From a virus, in IMG/VR virus record IMGVR_UViG_3300043932_000066: DNA of 41,421 bases. One strand, 5' to 3'. A program made the position numbers and the translations under genes. Below are positions 7,642 through 14,529 of the stretch, piece by piece. How positions within the stretch are numbered: position 1 is the first letter of the stretch; each line of letters opens with the position of its first letter. The notes under the pieces were generated by a model. The model was not told the origin of the DNA. It searched no databases and saw only the letters and a list, made by a program, of their open reading frames with translations.

Positions 7642-8450
7642 GCTGCGATCTCCTTCGTGAGGGTGAGGGTCCCGTGTTCGAGGGCGTAGGCGGTGAGCCC
7701 GTCCCACAGGCGGGCCTCGCCCTTGGGTGTGAGGCGGGGCGTGACCTTGCGGACGGTCCCGTGGTGGGCGGTGTCGATGAGGGTCTCGGCGACGGTCGCC
7801 CACCCGGCTTCCACGGCTTGGCTGGTGGGCTGGTTGTGGCGGATGGTGTTGCCGCGGATGAGGATCCCGAGGCGTCCGGCGTGGTCCCAGACGTCGTCGT
7901 GCTTGACGGGCATGCCGGGGAAGCGGCTTGCGGCGTAGGCCTTGAAGCGGTTCGCGACGTCGCCGATGAGCTGGAGGCCTTCGCTGGAGCGGTAGAAGTC
8001 GCGCTCGGCGGCCGGCCCCTCCAGTGCGAGGGCCCGGGCTTCGGCGGCCTGCGCTCGGTTGAGCGCGGCCTTCCCCGCGTCGAGGATCGCGGAGATCCCG
8101 TCCAGGGTCGTGATGTCCATCGACGGGGCGCCGTAGCTGCCGGTCCGGCGGATGCTGGGGAGGACGTCGGTCGTCAGCCATCGGCGGAAGGGCTTCGCCT
8201 TCGGGCTGTCGCTGCGGATGATGACCTCGTACATGCCCGGCTCGTTGACGACGTTCATGGAGCGGGTCTGCCCTCCGGACCTGATGTCCGCCTGACGGAC
8301 GTCAGCTTCTTCGAGTCGGGCGGCGACGTTGCGGGTGTTGGTGATGTCGAGGACGGCGCACAGGTCGTTGAGCACGGCCCACGGCTCACCCTCTATGTCG
8401 AGCACCCGAACTGCGGTACCCTCGTAGGTGAAGGGGATCAGGTCTTGCAT
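7638..8450 (-). CDS. Prophage antirepressor (Bro-N domain + KilAC domain)
   Basis: Bro-N-like: LIPFTYEGTAVRVLDIEGEPWAVLNDLCAVLDI...KPFRRWLTTDVLPSIRRTG. The C-terminal half is KilAC-like. An alternative ATG lies at 8465. Confidence 0.85.
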   Translation of the reverse strand: MQDLIPFTYEGTAVRVLDIEGEPWAVLNDLCAVLDITNTRNVAARLEEADVRQADIRSGGQTRSMNVVNEPGMYEVIIRSDSPKAKPFRRWLTTDVLPSIRRTGSYGAPSMDITTLDGISAILDAGKAALNRAQAAEARALALEGPAAERDFYRSSEGLQLIGDVANRFKAYAASRFPGMPVKHDDVWDHAGRLGILIRGNTIRHNQPTSQAVEAGWATVAETLIDTAHHGTVRKVTPRLTPKGEARLWDGLTAYALEHGTLTLTKEIAA

Positions 8451-8517
8451 AATGCTTCCTTTCATCGCTCCCGTCGGCTGGTCCCGGCGGGAGTCTCTTG
8501 TTGGGTAGGGTTCGGGC

Positions 8518-9075
8518 ATGGACTGGACTGTTGTGGCATCGTGGGCCGGTGCCGTCGTCTCGCTGCTCTCGCTCGCCGCGACACTGTGGTTGCAGTGGTG
8601 GCGGCGCCCCACTGTCGACTGGATCTGCGACGGGTGGATGAACAAGCGGGGCGCCATCGGGAGCAGAGTCCGCGAGGGTGGGTTCCCCGTGTACCTGACG
8701 CTGGCCAACTGCGGGGACGGCGCCGCCTTCGGTGTGGAGACGCTGCGATGCCACGGGGGAGCGAAGGAGCCGTACCGCGTTTTCGAGGCTGGCGTGGTAC
8801 CGGCGGGCGGGCAGATCGAGGTGCGGCTCATGGTTGAACTCGCTGATCTGGAGTCCGCGTGGGTAGAGGTGGACTACACATCCAGCCCGACTCTTCGCTC
8901 CACACGCAGACACTCACGCCGCTTTTACCCGGCAGTAGAACTCGCTGACCATGCTCGACGGAGGCCCGGCTACGATCCGACACAGGTCGGTCCCCAGTGG
9001 GGAGAAACGTCTCGGATCCCGGGTCCCATCGCCACGCGGCAAGAGGACGATCACGGTCCTGGCGACGCTCAGTGA
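8518..9075 (+). CDS. Plus-strand membrane-anchored protein (185 aa), candidate lysogen-expressed moron
   Basis: N-terminal TM segment WTVVASWAGAVVSLLSLAATLWLQWW. GC3 is about 88% over 8518-8820 by my count and falls where it overlaps the convergent gene. Confidence 0.6.
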   Translation: MDWTVVASWAGAVVSLLSLAATLWLQWWRRPTVDWICDGWMNKRGAIGSRVREGGFPVYLTLANCGDGAAFGVETLRCHGGAKEPYRVFEAGVVPAGGQIEVRLMVELADLESAWVEVDYTSSPTLRSTRRHSRRFYPAVELADHARRRPGYDPTQVGPQWGETSRIPGPIATRQEDDHGPGDAQ

Positions 9076-9190
9076 GCCACGATGTTCGGGAGCGGCGCGC
9101 CCGCCGAATCGACACGAAGGACCCGACGCACACGGCCAGTGAGACGAGCGTGACGCCGAGGCACACGAGCTGGAACGCGAACACGCTCAT
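8828..9190 (-). CDS. Membrane protein (120 aa), third gene of the Cro-side operon
   Basis: GAAGGAG then tcgtg then ATG. N-terminal TM segment MSVFAFQLVCLGVTLVSLAVCVGSFVSI with about 88% GC3. The 3' 248 bp overlap gene 8518..9075 antisense. Confidence 0.55.
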   Translation of the reverse strand: MSVFAFQLVCLGVTLVSLAVCVGSFVSIRRARRSRTSWLTERRQDRDRPLAAWRWDPGSETFLPTGDRPVSDRSRASVEHGQRVLLPGKSGVSVCVWSEESGWMCSPPLPTRTPDQRVQP

Positions 9191-9372
9191 CACGACTCCT
9201 TCGGTTCGAGGAGGTCACGCAGGCGGATGCTCCTGTTGTGTCGGTTGCGGCGCGACTTCTTGTTGTCCGCGTCGCTGAGGACGCGGATCGAGGCGGCGCG
9301 GTCAGGAACGGTCCGGAGGATGTCGGACACTCCGGCGAGCGGGCGGCGCGACGAGTGGAAGATGTCGACCAT
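9190..9372 (-). CDS. Hypothetical basic protein (60 aa)
   Basis: MVDIFHSSRRPLAGVSDILRTVPDRAASIRVLSDADNKKSRRNRHNRSIRLRDLLEPKES. High GC3. TGATG/GTGA junction with the Cro-like gene. Confidence 0.6.
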   Translation of the reverse strand: MVDIFHSSRRPLAGVSDILRTVPDRAASIRVLSDADNKKSRRNRHNRSIRLRDLLEPKES

Positions 9373-9611
9373 CACGCCGCCACCGTCTCGAAGAACTCGG
9401 TGGGGAGGAGCGCGCCCGGGGTGATGCCGAGGGCGCGAGCAATCTTGCGGAGGTCCTCCACGTTGAAGGGGCGGTCGCCGTGGATCTTGTTCTGGAGGGT
9501 CGTGTACGGGATCCCGCTCTTCCGCGACACGCTGGTCTGACTCTCGCCTGCGGCGAGGATGGCCTGCGCCACCGCCTGGGCGGTTCGCTCGGTGAGATTG
9601 TCTCTTGCCAT
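9372..9611 (-). CDS. Cro-like XRE-family HTH regulator (first gene of the early leftward operon)
   Basis: SQTSVSRKSGIPYTTLQNKIHGDRPFNVEDLRKIARALGI is an XRE HTH. Divergent from the ImmR-like gene. An alternative start at 9632 lies inside a palindrome. Confidence 0.7.
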   Translation of the reverse strand: MARDNLTERTAQAVAQAILAAGESQTSVSRKSGIPYTTLQNKIHGDRPFNVEDLRKIARALGITPGALLPTEFFETVAA

Positions 9612-9624
9612 GCGGCCAGAGTAC

Positions 9625-9696
9625 CTATCCATACGGATAGAGTCAAGCGGGGGTGTCGACCTATTTGGATCGACACTCTATCCAAAATGGTGGTAG
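9625..9696. promoter_or_regulatory. Divergent switch region with three operator-like dyads
   Basis: CTATCCatacGGATAG (9625-9640). GTGTCGA-n10-TCGACAC (9653-9676) enclosing CTATttGGAT. CTATCCaaaatggtGGTAG (9678-9696). The region looks AT-richer than its surroundings. Confidence 0.5.
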
Positions 9697-9706
9697 TGTC
9701 ATCCGC

Positions 9707-10033
9707 ATGGATGAAGAGATGGAGCAGGACGCGGCCGCGTACAACGCCGCCGTCGGCGCGCAGATACGCGCGGAAGCTGCGAAGAAACGAATCTCCCTGG
9801 TGCAGCTCGCCAAGCTCTCCGGCGTTGGAGAGGCCAGCGTGAATCGCTACGTCGCGGGCAATCGGGCGATCCCAATCCCAGCCCTCTACGCGATCGCTGC
9901 CGCACTGGGTGTGCCGCCCGACGTGATCCTGGACCGTGCCGCCGAAGACATGGAGACCCCCGAGTGGATGCTGGCGGCGCACCATAATCCGGATCGTCGT
10001 CGTGAGGCGGAGGGTCGGGAGGACTCCATCTGA
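9707..10033 (+). CDS. ImmR/CI-like XRE-family repressor
   Basis: RISLVQLAKLSGVGEASVNRYVAGNRAIPIPALYAIAAALGV is an HTH_XRE. Co-oriented with the ImmA-like protease, with a 1-nt overlap. Confidence 0.75.
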   Translation: MDEEMEQDAAAYNAAVGAQIRAEAAKKRISLVQLAKLSGVGEASVNRYVAGNRAIPIPALYAIAAALGVPPDVILDRAAEDMETPEWMLAAHHNPDRRREAEGREDSI

Positions 10034-10458
10034 TGGTGGGGGTGCGCACAATGGGGTGCATGATCCCGACGATGGATGATCTGCTGGAGGAATGCGACGG
10101 GCTGTCCGTCCGCGTGAAGTGGGCACCCCTGCCTCCCGAGATGGACGGCGCGTTCCTCCTCCCGCGCCGCACCATCATCCTCAGCGACGACCTGGCCGAC
10201 TACCAGCAGCGGCCCGCGCTCGCCCACGAGATCGAGCACGCCAGGCGCGGCGATGACGGGCCACAGCCGCCACGAGTCGAGCAGCACATCGACGAGATCG
10301 TCGCCTGCCGCTTCGTCGACTTCATGGCCTACGCGCGGTCAGAAACCGAGCGCGGATGGAACACCCCCGCGATCGCGCGGGACCTCGACCTCCCGCGCTG
10401 GGTTATCCAGGCCTACCGCCGCGCCCTAGAGAAAGCGGTCCGCAAGGTCAGCGCGTAA
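10033..10458 (+). CDS. ImmA/IrrE-family zinc metallopeptidase (anti-repressor protease)
   Basis: HEXXH motif within ALAHEIEHARRGDD. About 140 aa. Immediately downstream of the XRE repressor, which is the classic ImmR-ImmA arrangement. Confidence 0.8.
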   Translation: MVGVRTMGCMIPTMDDLLEECDGLSVRVKWAPLPPEMDGAFLLPRRTIILSDDLADYQQRPALAHEIEHARRGDDGPQPPRVEQHIDEIVACRFVDFMAYARSETERGWNTPAIARDLDLPRWVIQAYRRALEKAVRKVSA

Positions 10459-10478
10459 ACGCTGATATTGGTCGGATA

Positions 10479-11696
10479 TCACGCTTCGATCTGGGGGAGC
10501 GCCTGAGACAAGGCAAGCGTCATGGCGGCGGCGATGGCCTCCCCTCGGCCTGGGAGGAGATCGGCGTACAGGTCGCTCGTCGTCTGGATGGACTCATGCC
10601 CGAGCTGGTACTGCACGTCCTGCAATGTCGCGCCCGCGCTGATCATCCACGAGGCCGCGGTGTGGCGACAGTCATGGATGCGCGGCCACTTCCCCAACGT
10701 CGCGCCTCGCTGGGCCGGGCGGATCCCGTCCCACATTGACCCCGAGGCGGGGTGGTGGTCGCGGCCCTTGTCTGGCCAGCCTGGCTTCCCGTTTGCCAGT
10801 CGGAGGGCGGGGGCCCACACGTCCGGGTAGAACGTCGAGTGCTTGATCCGCCCCCCGCGCGGCGTCGTGAACAGCAGCTCCTGAGGATCCCGAGCCTTCT
10901 GGTCGCCGCAGTAAGGGCATAGCTGGGCGGGCGTCACGATCGTGCGGCGCCCGCGTCGAGTCTTCGGCGGCCCGACCTCCCACCCGCCAGGCACCTTCTT
11001 CCACGCCTTCGACACGCGCAGGGTCCCAGCACTCTCGTCGTAGTCGGCGACCGTGAGGGCCGTCGCCTCAGAGAATCGCATGCCCGTGCCAAGCAGCGCG
11101 GTGACGAACGAGCGATACGGGGGCGGAATACAGCCGAGAAGGATCGCCGCCTCGCTCTGCGTCAGGCTCACGCGCTCCTCGCGGACATCGTCCTTGCGGA
11201 GGTGCCGGCCTGTCTCCTCGCAGGGGTTGCGAGCGAGCCCCGTCTCCGGATCCCGGGCCGCATGGTCGAGGACTGACGAGAGGAAGCCGTGCTTGTTCCG
11301 GATGGTCTTCGCGCTCGCTCCTTGCCTCTCCAGGCCGCGGACCCACGCTTGGACGCGCGCCTCGGTGATCATGTCCACGGGGATTCGTCCGAGCGAGCGG
11401 AGGTCGGTGCGGATGATCGCGTGGTAGCGGTGGCGTGTGCCCTCTGTGATGCCGGTGCGCCGGTCGACGTCGGCCGTCGCGTAGTCGACGAGCAGCGGAG
11501 ATTTCGGGCTGCCGTCTTCGTTGGCGGCGAGGATCTCTAGGGCAGCTTCGAGGCCGAGCTGATCTACGGAGCGTAGCCAGTCGTCGCGGCCCTTGGCGGT
11601 GGGGAAGGTGGCGGATCGCTGGCGTCCGTGGTCGCGGTAGAGGGCTTGCCAGGCGATTGTGCCGTCAGCACGGACGCGCTCTCTTTTTGACGCCAT
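10479..11696 (-). CDS. int: Tyrosine integrase
   Basis: C-terminal HDCRHTAASWMISAGATLQDVQYQLGHESIQTTSDLYADL (HxxR...H...Y). Likely ATG at 11696 after GGGAGG. The ORF track extends it to 11729. Confidence 0.9.
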   Translation of the reverse strand: MASKRERVRADGTIAWQALYRDHGRQRSATFPTAKGRDDWLRSVDQLGLEAALEILAANEDGSPKSPLLVDYATADVDRRTGITEGTRHRYHAIIRTDLRSLGRIPVDMITEARVQAWVRGLERQGASAKTIRNKHGFLSSVLDHAARDPETGLARNPCEETGRHLRKDDVREERVSLTQSEAAILLGCIPPPYRSFVTALLGTGMRFSEATALTVADYDESAGTLRVSKAWKKVPGGWEVGPPKTRRGRRTIVTPAQLCPYCGDQKARDPQELLFTTPRGGRIKHSTFYPDVWAPALRLANGKPGWPDKGRDHHPASGSMWDGIRPAQRGATLGKWPRIHDCRHTAASWMISAGATLQDVQYQLGHESIQTTSDLYADLLPGRGEAIAAAMTLALSQALPQIEA

Positions 11697-11713
11697 TCCG
11701 ACCGACCTCCCGT

Positions 11714-11768
11714 GTTGACATGTCAACAATTAGACCCCGTCTAGACACTTGTCAACGCCTCTCAACGC
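11714..11768. repeat. attP left arm: clustered (G/C)TCAAC(A/G)C motifs (candidate arm-type integrase sites)
   Basis: Palindrome TTGACATGTCAA (11715-11726). GTCAACGC (11751-11758). CTCAACGC (11761-11768). An inverted GTTGAC lies at 11816-11821. Confidence 0.45.
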
Positions 11769-11837
11769 AACGAATGGTCGGGGTGTTTTCCCTGGTTATC
11801 AGGGTAATTCCGCCAGTTGACAGGCACAAGGGGTCTA

Positions 11838-11863
11838 GGGTTCGAATCCCCCATCCTCCGCCA
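11838..11863 (+). other. attP core: 3' end of a tRNA (T-loop + acceptor + CCA), probably the crossover region
   Basis: GGGTTCGAATCCCCCATCCTCCGCCA. No matching 5' acceptor strand (GGAGGAT) or D/anticodon arms upstream, so this is a fragment and not a gene. Adjacent to int. Confidence 0.7.
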
Positions 11864-11864
11864 A

Positions 11865-11910
11865 GCGTTTGTGCAGGTCAGACCACCAAATAGAAGACCC
11901 GCACAAACGC
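11865..11910 (+). terminator. Hairpin immediately after the tRNA 3' fragment
   Basis: gcgtttgtgc-a-ggtc ...16 nt... gacc-c-gcacaaacgc (14 bp). It would follow the reconstituted tRNA after integration. Confidence 0.45.
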
Positions 11911-11912
11911 AC

Positions 11913-11993
11913 GTCAACACCAGCAATCAACATATCGCCGACGTGACAAGGCGCAAAGACGCGCGTCAACACCACCTCAACGCCACTCAACAC
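11913..11993. repeat. attP right arm: five (G/C/A)TCAAC(A/G)(C/T) motifs
   Basis: GTCAACAC 11913-11920, ATCAACAT 11926-11933, GTCAACAC 11965-11972, CTCAACGC 11976-11983, CTCAACAC 11986-11993. Confidence 0.45.
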
Positions 11994-12027
11994 GCCATCT
12001 GCCTACGCTCACCCGTACCTTGTGGGC

Positions 12028-12489
12028 ATGGATGATCCCTGGCGGTGGACTGGCCCTCCTGGGAGGCGCGTGCACCTGCCGCCGGTGGGTGAGTGCCCGG
12101 TGTGTGGGGACCGGTGGGTGGATGACACGCGGGTGGGGCCGCGTCCGGGCGTCCTGGTGTGCCGGTGCGCGGGTCCTGCTGTGCGGCATGACTCGTGGGT
12201 GTGCTGGCGGTGTGGGTCGGTGCTGGCGGAGGGCTGCCTGGACGTAGGGGCGTGGGTCGATGCCGCGCACAGCGCATACCGCCTGGGCCAGGATGCGATC
12301 GACGCGATGCTGGAGCGTGGGTCGGTGGCTTGGGAGTGGAGGGCCGGGGTCGAGCGGGTGATGATGGCGGGGCGGCGCGGGGACATCGAGCATGGGACGG
12401 AGCGGTCCTGGGCGGTGTGCGGCTGCTGCTGCCCGCAGTGTCGGCGGGCGCACTGGAGGCGGGTCGCCGAGGGCGAGGCGCAGGGGTGA
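12028..12489 (+). CDS. Cys-rich (zinc-binding-like) protein, 153 aa
   Basis: High GC3 in this frame. CPVCGDRW, CRC, WVCWRCGS and AVCGCCCPQCRRAHWRR motifs. Plus strand, next to attP. Confidence 0.6.
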   Translation: MDDPWRWTGPPGRRVHLPPVGECPVCGDRWVDDTRVGPRPGVLVCRCAGPAVRHDSWVCWRCGSVLAEGCLDVGAWVDAAHSAYRLGQDAIDAMLERGSVAWEWRAGVERVMMAGRRGDIEHGTERSWAVCGCCCPQCRRAHWRRVAEGEAQG

Positions 12490-12521
12490 CGGAGTGTTAC
12501 CGGATTGTGACCTCACACCCC

Positions 12522-12557
12522 GTATATGGGTAGACAGATGAGTGTCTACCCATATAC
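12522..12557. promoter_or_regulatory. Perfect 15+15 bp palindrome with a 6-nt spacer (operator or terminator)
   Basis: GTATATGGGTAGACA gatgag TGTCTACCCATATAC. AT-rich in a GC-rich genome. Lies between genes 12028..12489 and 12594..12935. No U-tract. Confidence 0.5.
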
Positions 12558-12593
12558 ACTGGTGTCATCGGCGAGGGAGAAAGGGCCCCAGAG

Positions 12594-12935
12594 ATGATCA
12601 CCAAGAGGACCGGCAGGTACAGCGAGACCGACACCCGCGACTCCTTCATCTACGAGATCGCCGACGAGGACGGGATCGCCGCCGACCTCTACATCGACAC
12701 CGACTCCCACCTCATCATGAACATCGAGGTCCGCGCCGACCGACAGGGCGAGGGCCTGGCCCGCAGCCTCTACGAGCACGCCAAGCAGGACCTCGGCGAC
12801 ATCTACCACATCCCCGCATGGGGCTGCACCGAGGACGGCATCGGATTCGCCCACGCCATGGGCGGCGACATCATGGACGACGATCAGGCCGCAGCCATCG
12901 TCGGCATGGACCTCAGCATCTACGACATGGACTGA
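12594..12935 (+). CDS. Acidic 113-aa protein, possible mini-GNAT (YjdJ-like) fold
   Basis: IMNIEVRADRQGEGLARSLYEHAKQ resembles GNAT motif A (R/Q-x-x-G-x-G/A). The family assignment is tentative. Confidence 0.6.
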   Translation: MITKRTGRYSETDTRDSFIYEIADEDGIAADLYIDTDSHLIMNIEVRADRQGEGLARSLYEHAKQDLGDIYHIPAWGCTEDGIGFAHAMGGDIMDDDQAAAIVGMDLSIYDMD

Positions 12936-12947
12936 CAGGAGCACATC

Positions 12948-13313
12948 ATGCAGATCACCGACGAGACCCGCACCTACCTCGACGGTCACGGCACCGAGGA
13001 GCAGCAGGGGCTTTTCCAGCGGGCGGCGGAGCGCATCCGTGAGATCTACCGGGAGCAGGAGTCCGACGCCCCGGAGGACGAGGCGGGCATGACGGCCGAG
13101 CAGCTGGTCGGGGCCGCCCAGTACGCGCTCGGAGATGGCGCGCTGGAGGATCTGGGCGAGGAGGCGCGGGCTGCCCAGATGAGGTACCTGGCGGCACTGG
13201 ACCGCCTGGCGGGTGCGATGGTCGCCGCCGACCTCCAGGGCGTGCCGATCGTCCAGATCGCTGAGCGCGCCCACGTCACCCGGCCCACCGTCTACAAGAG
13301 GCTGGGGAGGTGA
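12948..13313 (+). CDS. Protein with a C-terminal HTH (121 aa)
   Basis: The C-terminus VPIVQIAERAHVTRPTVYKRLGR is a resolvase/Hin-type HTH. The N-terminal part is acidic. Confidence 0.65.
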   Translation: MQITDETRTYLDGHGTEEQQGLFQRAAERIREIYREQESDAPEDEAGMTAEQLVGAAQYALGDGALEDLGEEARAAQMRYLAALDRLAGAMVAADLQGVPIVQIAERAHVTRPTVYKRLGR

Positions 13314-14020
13314 CCACGTGGGACGCGGCGCGATGCGCCCGGGAGATCGGGGTGCTGGCCGCGACATGGAGCACCTACGCCTCCCGAGGTCTGGTGCCCG
13401 CCTCGGTGGCGCGCGGACTGTGGGACGCGGACGAGGTCCGGGCATGGGCATACCCCCGCATCCCGGAGCCGGACCCCACCACTCCTGATAGCACCTACGG
13501 GGCCCGCGATGGTCATGGCCGGTACGGGATCCTCGACCAGGCTGAGGACGGTCGCCTCATCTGCCACGAGTGCGGCAGAGGTGTGTGGCACCTCGCCAGC
13601 CACCTCCACACCAGCCACCAGATCGACACCCACACCTACCGACAGTCACACGGCCTGCCCCTCACGGCGCCGCTCGTCTCCACTCCCGTGCGGGGGCGCA
13701 TGGGTGAGTCATGGAGTGGGCACGCCTCCCAGCATCTCGCGCGCCTGGCCGCCACCCGAGACCCCCAGCGCGCCACGCAGGCCAGCCATGGCGTGCAGCG
13801 CTCAGCAGCCACGCGCCACACCATGCAGCACCCCAGGGGCCGCGCGCTCACCGACGCGGAGGCCCGCCTCCTGGACGCAGCACCCGACCTGGACACCTGG
13901 GCACGCATCGCCCGTGGCCTCCTCGACGATGGGGCGAGTGGCGCCACCATCAGCGCGGCCACCGGGATCCGCGAGGGCACAGTGCACGCCAGAGTCGCCC
14001 GCCTCGCACCCCGCACATGA
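13310..14020 (+). CDS. Multi-domain regulator with a Ros/MucR-type zinc finger
   Basis: LICHECGRGVWHLASHLHTSHQIDTHTYRQSHGLPLTAPLVS aligns by eye to Ros [42 protein letters not shown]. N-terminal excisionase-like HTH and C-terminal HTH (TISAATGIREGTVHARVARL). Confidence 0.7.
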   Translation: MTTWDAARCAREIGVLAATWSTYASRGLVPASVARGLWDADEVRAWAYPRIPEPDPTTPDSTYGARDGHGRYGILDQAEDGRLICHECGRGVWHLASHLHTSHQIDTHTYRQSHGLPLTAPLVSTPVRGRMGESWSGHASQHLARLAATRDPQRATQASHGVQRSAATRHTMQHPRGRALTDAEARLLDAAPDLDTWARIARGLLDDGASGATISAATGIREGTVHARVARLAPRT

Positions 14021-14027
14021 CAAAAGC

Positions 14028-14068
14028 CGCCCCCACCCGGGCCGTTGTGGCTCAGGTGGGGGCGGTAT
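14028..14068 (-). terminator. Intrinsic terminator ending the late (lysis) operon, between convergent genes
   Basis: 12-bp stem gccgcccccacc/ggtgggggcggt. On the minus strand it is followed by CTTTTGT. Confidence 0.7.
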
Positions 14069-14109
14069 ATTCCCCGGCATAAAATCCGGAATCGCGGTGT
14101 TTGTGCTGG

Positions 14110-14529
14110 TCAGGGCTTGTCTAGGGCCTGCCAGATTCGGTGGTGCTCCTCCGTGGCGCGGGACTCGACGCCCTCGACTCGCCTCTCCGTCTGGATCTGG
14201 CGGTCATGGACCTCCCCGAACTGGTGATCCATCCGACGGAATCCCTCCCGCATCTCCTCACCCTGCGCGATGACCAGGTCGCGGATCTCGTCCATGTCGT
14301 TCCGCAAGTTCGTCCCGTGGGAATTCGACACCTGCTCTTTCACCTCGGCAACGTGCTCACCCTGCTGATCCAGGCGCCTCGTCAGCATCCGCGACAGGGC
14401 CACGAACCCGGCGGTGACGACGCCGATGATCGCGACGACCATTGCGCCCAGCGCCGTGAGGACCTCGGGCCGGGCGAGGACAGCATCCCACGGGGGAGAC
14501 AGTGCCCCCGCCGCAGCCCAGGAGATCAT
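14110..14529 (-). CDS. Lysis-cassette membrane protein (N-terminal TM + coiled coil)
   Basis: LTALGAMVVAIIGVVTAGFVAL, then HVAEVKEQVSNSHGTNLRNDMDEIRDL. ATGA overlap with the holin. It resembles the actinophage DUF2746-type proteins I recall. Confidence 0.7.
   Translation of the reverse strand: MISWAAAGALSPPWDAVLARPEVLTALGAMVVAIIGVVTAGFVALSRMLTRRLDQQGEHVAEVKEQVSNSHGTNLRNDMDEIRDLVIAQGEEMREGFRRMDHQFGEVHDRQIQTERRVEGVESRATEEHHRIWQALDKP

Noticed and set aside
7674-8837. 387-aa plus-strand ORF overlapping the antirepressor
   Set aside because: It is Gly/Arg/Val/Asp-rich junk. The minus frame carries clear Bro-N and KilAC sequence.
11790-11863. Possible complete tRNA gene at attP
   Set aside because: Only the T-loop, 3' acceptor strand and CCA are present. 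No complementary 5' acceptor strand (GGAGGAT) or D/anticodon arms occur upstream, so it is annotated as the attP core and not as a tRNA gene.
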